This document shows, in pieces, positions 41,534 through 45,983 of a stretch of 45,983 nucleotides of DNA. The DNA comes from a virus. Position 1 is the first letter of the stretch, and the number at the start of each line of letters is the position of its first letter. The notes under the pieces were generated by a model. The model was not told the origin of the DNA. It worked only from the letters and a program-made list of their open reading frames with translations, and made no database searches. Position numbers and translations under genes: made by a program. The stretch covers positions 1 to 45,983 of IMG/VR virus record IMGVR_UViG_3300044980_000021; one strand, 5' to 3'.

Positions 41534-41712
41534 ATTTCAGCTTTAAGATGCTTCCGGCTGTTATATTTTCAGCTTTCTCATTAGGGATTGACCTGGCCTG
41601 CGCTTTTGGATATACATGTACGTTTCAACAGGGCATATCCTTGGCAATCATATCGGCATGCCTTCTTGTCGCATCTACTATCTGGGGCTTTGTCCAAATA
41701 GAAAGGAATTGA
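41530..41712 (+). CDS. Small membrane protein (2 TM), 60 aa
   Basis: Start moved to ATG 41530 (ATGA overlap, GGAGG SD). Hydrophobic stretches LPAVIFSAFSLGIDLACAF and ISLAIISACLLVASTIWGFV. Confidence 0.65.
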   Translation: MNFSFKMLPAVIFSAFSLGIDLACAFGYTCTFQQGISLAIISACLLVASTIWGFVQIERN

Positions 41713-41713
41713 G

Positions 41714-42124
41714 ATGACGGAACGAGAGCAGTTGATTGAGAAGATGGCGAGGGTGATGCAAGGCTCACTTGATAGCACAGCTAAGGTGTCCGATTACACA
41801 GCGGCGTCTAGTAAGGTGCTCGACGTTGCGGCTCCGGTGCTGCTGGCCATAGATGTCAGCACACACAGAGACCGCAGCATATGGGATAAATGCTTCGACG
41901 ACAACGAGGACAAAACAAATAGATACCCCCGCGATAAAGGATTCTGCGTAATGGAGAATTTTATGAATCGCCGCCTCGCGCAGTACACCTACGCTCCCGA
42001 TCCGCGCAGGGAAGTAACAATCAAATACATCACAGAAAATATCCCAGGCGGAAACGCGCAACAAATCTATGATCTTGCTGACGGCCTGCTGGCAGCTATC
42101 GACGCGGCGAAGAGGGCGAAGTGA
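41714..42124 (+). CDS. Protein of unknown function, 136 aa
   Basis: Uninterrupted ORF starting 1 nt after the upstream stop. Confidence 0.65.
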   Translation: MTEREQLIEKMARVMQGSLDSTAKVSDYTAASSKVLDVAAPVLLAIDVSTHRDRSIWDKCFDDNEDKTNRYPRDKGFCVMENFMNRRLAQYTYAPDPRREVTIKYITENIPGGNAQQIYDLADGLLAAIDAAKRAK

Positions 42125-42285
42125 TTAGACGAATAGCCTTCATCCTCCTACTATTTCCTAATCTGGCGCTTTTTGTCTGTACCACATGGCCCGCAATTGC
42201 AGTCTGGTTGTTTACAGGCAGAGAACTTTTCTCCGATGGACTTTTGGCAACGTACAGGGATTGGCCGCTGAAGGAGAAGCTATGA
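42121..42285 (+). CDS. Small membrane protein (2 TM), 54 aa (below ORF-track cut-off)
   Basis: GTG 42121 forms a GTGA overlap with the upstream stop, and the TGA 42283..42285 forms an ATGA overlap with the next start. Sequence (M)IRRIAFILLLFPNLALFVCTTWPAIAVWLFTGRELFSDGLLATYRDWPLKEKL. Confidence 0.5.
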   Translation: MIRRIAFILLLFPNLALFVCTTWPAIAVWLFTGRELFSDGLLATYRDWPLKEKL

Positions 42286-42731
42286 AAGAAGAATCTCGCG
42301 ACGATTTTGGCATGCTCAAATCGGCCATGCTCAATGATCCGAGAACCGGATATTGGCCGTACATCGTACTTGAACGAGACGGCAATCAAATATGCGCTCA
42401 CCTAAACGAGTTTACTAACCTGCAAGAATGTCCTGCCGGATTTGGTGATACAGCTAAAGAAGCGGTATCAGCATTTCTGATCGACATGAAGAGAGTCTGT
42501 GGCAGGGCAATGTGGACGGGTTACGGAGCACCCGCTGGAGTTTGCGGAGAGCCTGCATACACGTCAGAAATACATCCAAACTCAATTGCCATGATTCTCT
42601 GTAAGGATATTGGTCGTTGCCCTAGACACGGAGGTTTTGATGTACAAGCGGCAGCTTCACTAGCTCTGTTCTATAGAACCCCAAATAGAGCCGACTTCGT
42701 GGACGCCTACCTGAAGGAGCAAGCGAAATGA
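42282..42731 (+). CDS. Cys-rich protein, unknown function, 149 aa
   Basis: Start moved to ATG 42282 (AAGGAG SD). Confidence 0.65.
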   Translation: MKEESRDDFGMLKSAMLNDPRTGYWPYIVLERDGNQICAHLNEFTNLQECPAGFGDTAKEAVSAFLIDMKRVCGRAMWTGYGAPAGVCGEPAYTSEIHPNSIAMILCKDIGRCPRHGGFDVQAAASLALFYRTPNRADFVDAYLKEQAK

Positions 42732-43141
42732 GCGATGCGATGCAATTCGATGACAAAGTGATTCTGCTAGATCGTCTCCTTGAGCGAGTGAACTTCACAT
42801 TGGTTAGAGATTTTAATTATGGCGGATTCGATGGACGTGTTACCGATCTGGATGAAATTGAAGCTACAGGGGTTGTAGCCATTGAACTGATGCGGGAAGC
42901 TGAAAGGTGGCGAGTTCTCAATCAACGTCGCCTGATAGCACTGGAATCAGTTGAGTGGATCATGGTCGATGGTCGCGTCCAGTGCCCTTCATGCCTAAAG
43001 AGCCGAGAGGAAGGACACGGCGTCCTCTGTTTGCTTGATGAATCTCTCCGCCCAACAGCAGAGAAATTAAAACTGCGAGAGGAACAAGAGGCTTTGTACA
43101 CCGCTTGCCGTACCACATCGCCAGAGGAGCAAGCGAAATGA
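42728..43141 (+). CDS. Protein of unknown function with CPSC motif, 137 aa
   Basis: ATGA overlap. It shares a 21-nt junction sequence with the next gene boundary. Confidence 0.65.
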   Translation: MSDAMQFDDKVILLDRLLERVNFTLVRDFNYGGFDGRVTDLDEIEATGVVAIELMREAERWRVLNQRRLIALESVEWIMVDGRVQCPSCLKSREEGHGVLCLLDESLRPTAEKLKLREEQEALYTACRTTSPEEQAK

Positions 43142-43425
43142 GCGAAGAAATCAGAACATGTGCCTATTGTGGCGCAGAAAAGTGTGAACATTCTTACCAT
43201 TATGCGAGGAAATTTCTTGGCTATAAGAAGGGATTTTCAATCAAGTCGGAAAATGTTTCCGCGCAGACGACTATCGGAGAGCTAAAGGAATCATTGAATG
43301 AGTGGGTTTCACGTATGAGCGATGACACTCCCGCGACGTGGATGTTCAGTATCACTAAACGCGGCGCTGCAATAGACCCGGTCCCCGCACCGCCATCAGT
43401 AACCCAGAAAGAGGGTAAAGAATGA
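43138..43425 (+). CDS. Small protein with N-terminal CxxCxxxxC motif, 95 aa
   Basis: Start moved to ATG 43138 (ATGA overlap). Confidence 0.6.
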   Translation: MSEEIRTCAYCGAEKCEHSYHYARKFLGYKKGFSIKSENVSAQTTIGELKESLNEWVSRMSDDTPATWMFSITKRGAAIDPVPAPPSVTQKEGKE

Positions 43426-43778
43426 TTATTGTAGCGAAAATGGTGTTATTTACCAGTATGTTCATCAATCAAGTTCCTGCTAACGTACAGGCTATGAATG
43501 AACTGTCTAATGCGGCAGAACTTTATCTTGTTTACTGCTCCCCACGCAATAAGGCGTGCGTCACACGGAGAGCCATTTGCTACGGGCAGTGTGGCGACCA
43601 AAGTACTGCCGACGAGATGGGATACGGTTGCTCTGGTGACATCGAGGGCCACGTGCCAAATGGATTTCGCTACGCCAGATGGTTTTCTGCTGCTTACGCG
43701 ACCGGCAAAACAATCGGTGGCCTGGCAACGAAAAACTACAGAAGTCCAGATCACCTCGCCTGCACTAATAGGCACTGA
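43422..43778 (+). CDS. Cys-rich protein with hydrophobic signal-like N-terminus, 118 aa
   Basis: ATGA overlap. N-terminus MIIVAKMVLFTSMFINQVPANVQA, followed by six Cys. Confidence 0.55.
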   Translation: MIIVAKMVLFTSMFINQVPANVQAMNELSNAAELYLVYCSPRNKACVTRRAICYGQCGDQSTADEMGYGCSGDIEGHVPNGFRYARWFSAAYATGKTIGGLATKNYRSPDHLACTNRH

Positions 43779-43814
43779 ATTTCACGCTACACAGCTATAC
43801 ACGGGAGGGAAGAG

Positions 43815-44252
43815 ATGACGGAAGAAAACGAAGTTGATTTGAAACCTTGCCCATTTTGCGGAAGCGATGACATTGACGCAGAAGGATGGCGTAATAGCGA
43901 AGGTATTACAGGTCCGTCTTGCAATCAATGCGGAGCGTCAGCCGGGGGAGTGTCAACCACATCTGAGGAAAATATTCTCGCTTGGAATATACGCGCAGCA
44001 GAGGTCCGCATAGCCTTACTTGAGGGCGTCGATAAGGACCAAGAGCAGCGCCTCAAAGACAGCGAACTAGCCCTCCAGCATTCCCGCCACCGCGAAGAGC
44101 AGTTCATTGCCGCTCTCGAACAGATGAAGATGACGCTGGAAATCCCCGTATCCTGGGCAGAGAACACACAGACCGCGCAGGACATATTCAACTTCCACAA
44201 GACCTCAGGGATGTATCTGTATGCACAGATGATGAAGGGAGATGGGCAGTGA
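43815..44252 (+). CDS. Lar-like zinc-ribbon N-domain fused to a coiled-coil C-domain, 145 aa
   Basis: GGGAGGGAAG SD. LKPCPFCGSDDIDAEG...CNQCGASAGG...ENILAWNIR fits the Lar pattern, followed by a helical EQRLKDSELALQHSRHREEQFIAALEQMK region. Confidence 0.6.
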   Translation: MTEENEVDLKPCPFCGSDDIDAEGWRNSEGITGPSCNQCGASAGGVSTTSEENILAWNIRAAEVRIALLEGVDKDQEQRLKDSELALQHSRHREEQFIAALEQMKMTLEIPVSWAENTQTAQDIFNFHKTSGMYLYAQMMKGDGQ

Positions 44253-44491
44253 AACGTGGACCTAAGGCAGCGCACATGGCTATTCACGAAATAGCCAAGA
44301 AACTAGGTTGTCCTGTAAGCACCATACAGCGCAATCTTAGGACGGCTACGCAAAAGCTTTCTCTATTCGATGATTATTCCTTGATACTGGAATGCTTGTG
44401 CGCGTGCGTCGAAGATCCGCATCCTATCCTGCAAGCTGGAAGTTTGGAATGTGATAAGGATTTCATTGCTCTGTATGGTGATGGCCGATGA
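44249..44491 (+). CDS. Helix-turn-helix DNA-binding protein (sigma region-4/LuxR-like HTH), 80 aa
   Basis: GTG start with a GTGA overlap. HEIAKKLGCPVSTIQRNLRTATQKL is a typical HTH. Confidence 0.55.
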   Translation: MKRGPKAAHMAIHEIAKKLGCPVSTIQRNLRTATQKLSLFDDYSLILECLCACVEDPHPILQAGSLECDKDFIALYGDGR

Positions 44492-44826
44492 CTCAGACAG
44501 TCGATATCGTATGCGTATCAATGGCCAAGTGCTTTGAAGCAGATCGTGGAGAAATCACCTCCACTCGAACAACTCTGTCGAGCGGTAATACGTACCTTGT
44601 ATCCCAGGTTGACAACGGCAAGATAGTCATCATCACGCACGACGATACCGCCGCAATTCAGAGTTGGTATACCTCCGCTGACGGCGTTGCGGCCTACAAA
44701 TCTGCCTTCGAGTTCGGACGCGCACAAGGTATAAAACAGTGTTTGGGTGTGGTATTACTGTTTGTTCTGGTGTGCACGATGCTGGCGATAGTGTTCAATC
44801 TTCATGTTTCGAGGAGACCTAGATGA
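44488..44826 (+). CDS. Protein with C-terminal TM anchor, 112 aa
   Basis: ATGA overlap. C-terminal hydrophobic stretch CLGVVLLFVLVCTMLAIVF. Confidence 0.6.
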   Translation: MTQTVDIVCVSMAKCFEADRGEITSTRTTLSSGNTYLVSQVDNGKIVIITHDDTAAIQSWYTSADGVAAYKSAFEFGRAQGIKQCLGVVLLFVLVCTMLAIVFNLHVSRRPR

Positions 44827-45020
44827 TCTGGCTCCTGCGCCTTATACTCGGCCTCACGCACGATGAACTGGTAGACGCAGCAGTAGAGCGCACGAATGCC
44901 GACCGCGCGCACGTCAAGGCTATCGCAGAGAGCGTGTGGCAAAATCACGATGCGAAGGCGCGGTGGTACGGGGCTGGGCATGTGTATGCGCTGGCTAGGA
45001 TCGTGCGAGAAGAGATTTAA
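44823..45020 (+). CDS. Small protein, 65 aa
   Basis: ATGA overlap. Last gene before the bidirectional terminator. Confidence 0.55.
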   Translation: MIWLLRLILGLTHDELVDAAVERTNADRAHVKAIAESVWQNHDAKARWYGAGHVYALARIVREEI

Positions 45021-45050
45021 GCGGCATCTAATTTTCGCACCCAACACAAA

Positions 45051-45087
45051 GGCCCGGAGTGATTGCTCACTGCCGGGCCTCTCTTAT
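45051..45087. terminator. Bidirectional intrinsic terminator between convergent operons
   Basis: GGCCCGGAGTGA-ttgc-TCACT(g)CCGGGCC is a 12-bp stem with one bulge. It is flanked by TCTCTTAT on the plus strand and TTTGTGTT on the minus strand. Confidence 0.75.
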
Positions 45088-45096
45088 GCCATGAAG

Positions 45097-45684
45097 TTAG
45101 ATAGTAGCTTTGGCAATTGCAGGATGCTGAGCTGCGATTGCGTTGTGGGCCGTTTTGTATTCTGCGGCTGTCATCGGAACCGTCACGGACACGGTTGATC
45201 CGCCCGGCGCCGTGGCAATCTGGAAGGTGCTGATCCAAGCCTCCATCTGCGAAATGATGAGCTGAGCAAGATTCACAAACGGCGCACTGGCTGTTGCGGG
45301 GATGCCAAAGTCAGCCAGCAGGTTCGATGCGTTGGAGATGACCGCCTGTGCAGCCTGCTCTACGTCTGTGAGCGGCGTGGTGCCAGGATTGGCCTTGTAT
45401 GCCGCCACCATCTGTTGAAGCGTCTGGATAGCGGATTCCACGGTTTTTCCGATGGCGTTCAGCTCGGCTACTGCGGCCCCGAATTCCGGGTTTCCCGTCA
45501 GAGAGCCGATAGCGGTGATGATTGCGCCTGCACTGAGCAGGATTTGCGGCACGATGGTTTCAGCGTCACTGAGCCATACAGGAAGGCCAGCGCAACCGGT
45601 CAGGTAGCAGGTAGCGCCGGCCATGAGCAGGAAGAATCCAAACCACACGATCTGGCGATGGTAAACAGACAAGAACTTTTTCAC
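45097..45684 (-). CDS. Lipoprotein (signal peptide with LTGC lipobox), 195 aa
   Basis: GTG start with AAGGAG 6 nt upstream. N-terminus MKKFLSVYHRQIVWFGFFLLMAGATCYLTGC. Ala-rich helical mature part. Last gene of the late operon. Confidence 0.7.
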   Translation of the reverse strand: MKKFLSVYHRQIVWFGFFLLMAGATCYLTGCAGLPVWLSDAETIVPQILLSAGAIITAIGSLTGNPEFGAAVAELNAIGKTVESAIQTLQQMVAAYKANPGTTPLTDVEQAAQAVISNASNLLADFGIPATASAPFVNLAQLIISQMEAWISTFQIATAPGGSTVSVTVPMTAAEYKTAHNAIAAQHPAIAKATI

Positions 45685-45686
45685 GA

Positions 45687-45920
45687 TTACTCCTTTTCGT
45701 AGGTTACTTCAATTAGCATTGCGCCACTTTCGGGAATCTCTGGATAGACCCCGTATGCGGCTGAAGCAGAAATGTTGACCTGTGAGCCTTCCGGCACACC
45801 TTTCACATAATCGAAGATGAACTGGCTTGTGGCTGCAGAGAACGTATCCGCATTTCCGGCGTTAACGAGGTACTCCAGCGCCGCTTCTTTCGTGCCTTTG
45901 AATTTACGGTTGTACTGCAT
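45687..45920 (-). CDS. Small protein, unknown function, 77 aa (start lies inside the terminal repeat)
   Basis: Its ATG overlaps the stop of the 64..579 gene once the contig is circularised. Confidence 0.6.
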   Translation of the reverse strand: MQYNRKFKGTKEAALEYLVNAGNADTFSAATSQFIFDYVKGVPEGSQVNISASAAYGVYPEIPESGAMLIEVTYEKE

Positions 45921-45983
45921 TATCGCCTCGCAATCAGGGTCGCGGTCAGGTGCAACGCTGCCATCTGAGGCGCTGTCTGGGTA
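45857..45983. repeat. Terminal direct repeat copy 2 (identical to 1..127)
   Basis: Base-for-base identity with 1..127. Confidence 0.95.

Overview
The window is a complete, circularly closed dsDNA phage genome. Bases 1-127 repeat exactly at 45857-45983, leaving 45,856 bp unique. It is very compact, and most gene junctions overlap (ATGA, GTGA, TGATG). There are four transcription blocks. (i) A long minus-strand late operon starts at the divergent region near 30.3 kb, runs down through base 1, crosses the circular join and ends at a bidirectional terminator at 45051-45087. It carries terS, an RHH/Zn-ribbon overlapping gene pair, terL, portal, a histidine phosphatase, scaffold, major capsid, a GIY-YIG homing endonuclease and a GroES-like co-chaperonin. 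It then carries tail and ejection proteins including a 1707-aa giant protein, a GNAT, an HNH-AP2 homing endonuclease, a 1169-aa beta-helix tailspike-like protein and a terminal cassette of envelope-targeted proteins. (ii) A plus-strand early operon (30437-33463) of small genes is led by an apparently leaderless RHH regulator. It includes a Lar-like anti-restriction gene and a protein carrying a (GCT)n microsatellite. (iii) A minus-strand replication/recombination operon (40294 down to 33494) encodes Erf, a YqaJ exonuclease, a DUF1376-type initiator, DnaB and two nucleases. (iv) A plus-strand operon (40422-45020) is led by a second leaderless RHH gene coupled to a small GIY-YIG nuclease. I saw no tape measure, sheath, integrase, DNA polymerase, prohead protease, tRNA, CRISPR array or recognisable endolysin. 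The layout is podovirus-like and the host is probably diderm, given the lipoprotein and signal-peptide genes. All functional calls come from motif recognition by eye and from synteny, not from database searches. Many starts were moved from the ORF-track coordinates on the basis of SD sequences and start/stop overlaps. Nine coupled ORFs below the 60-aa track cut-off were added by hand translation.
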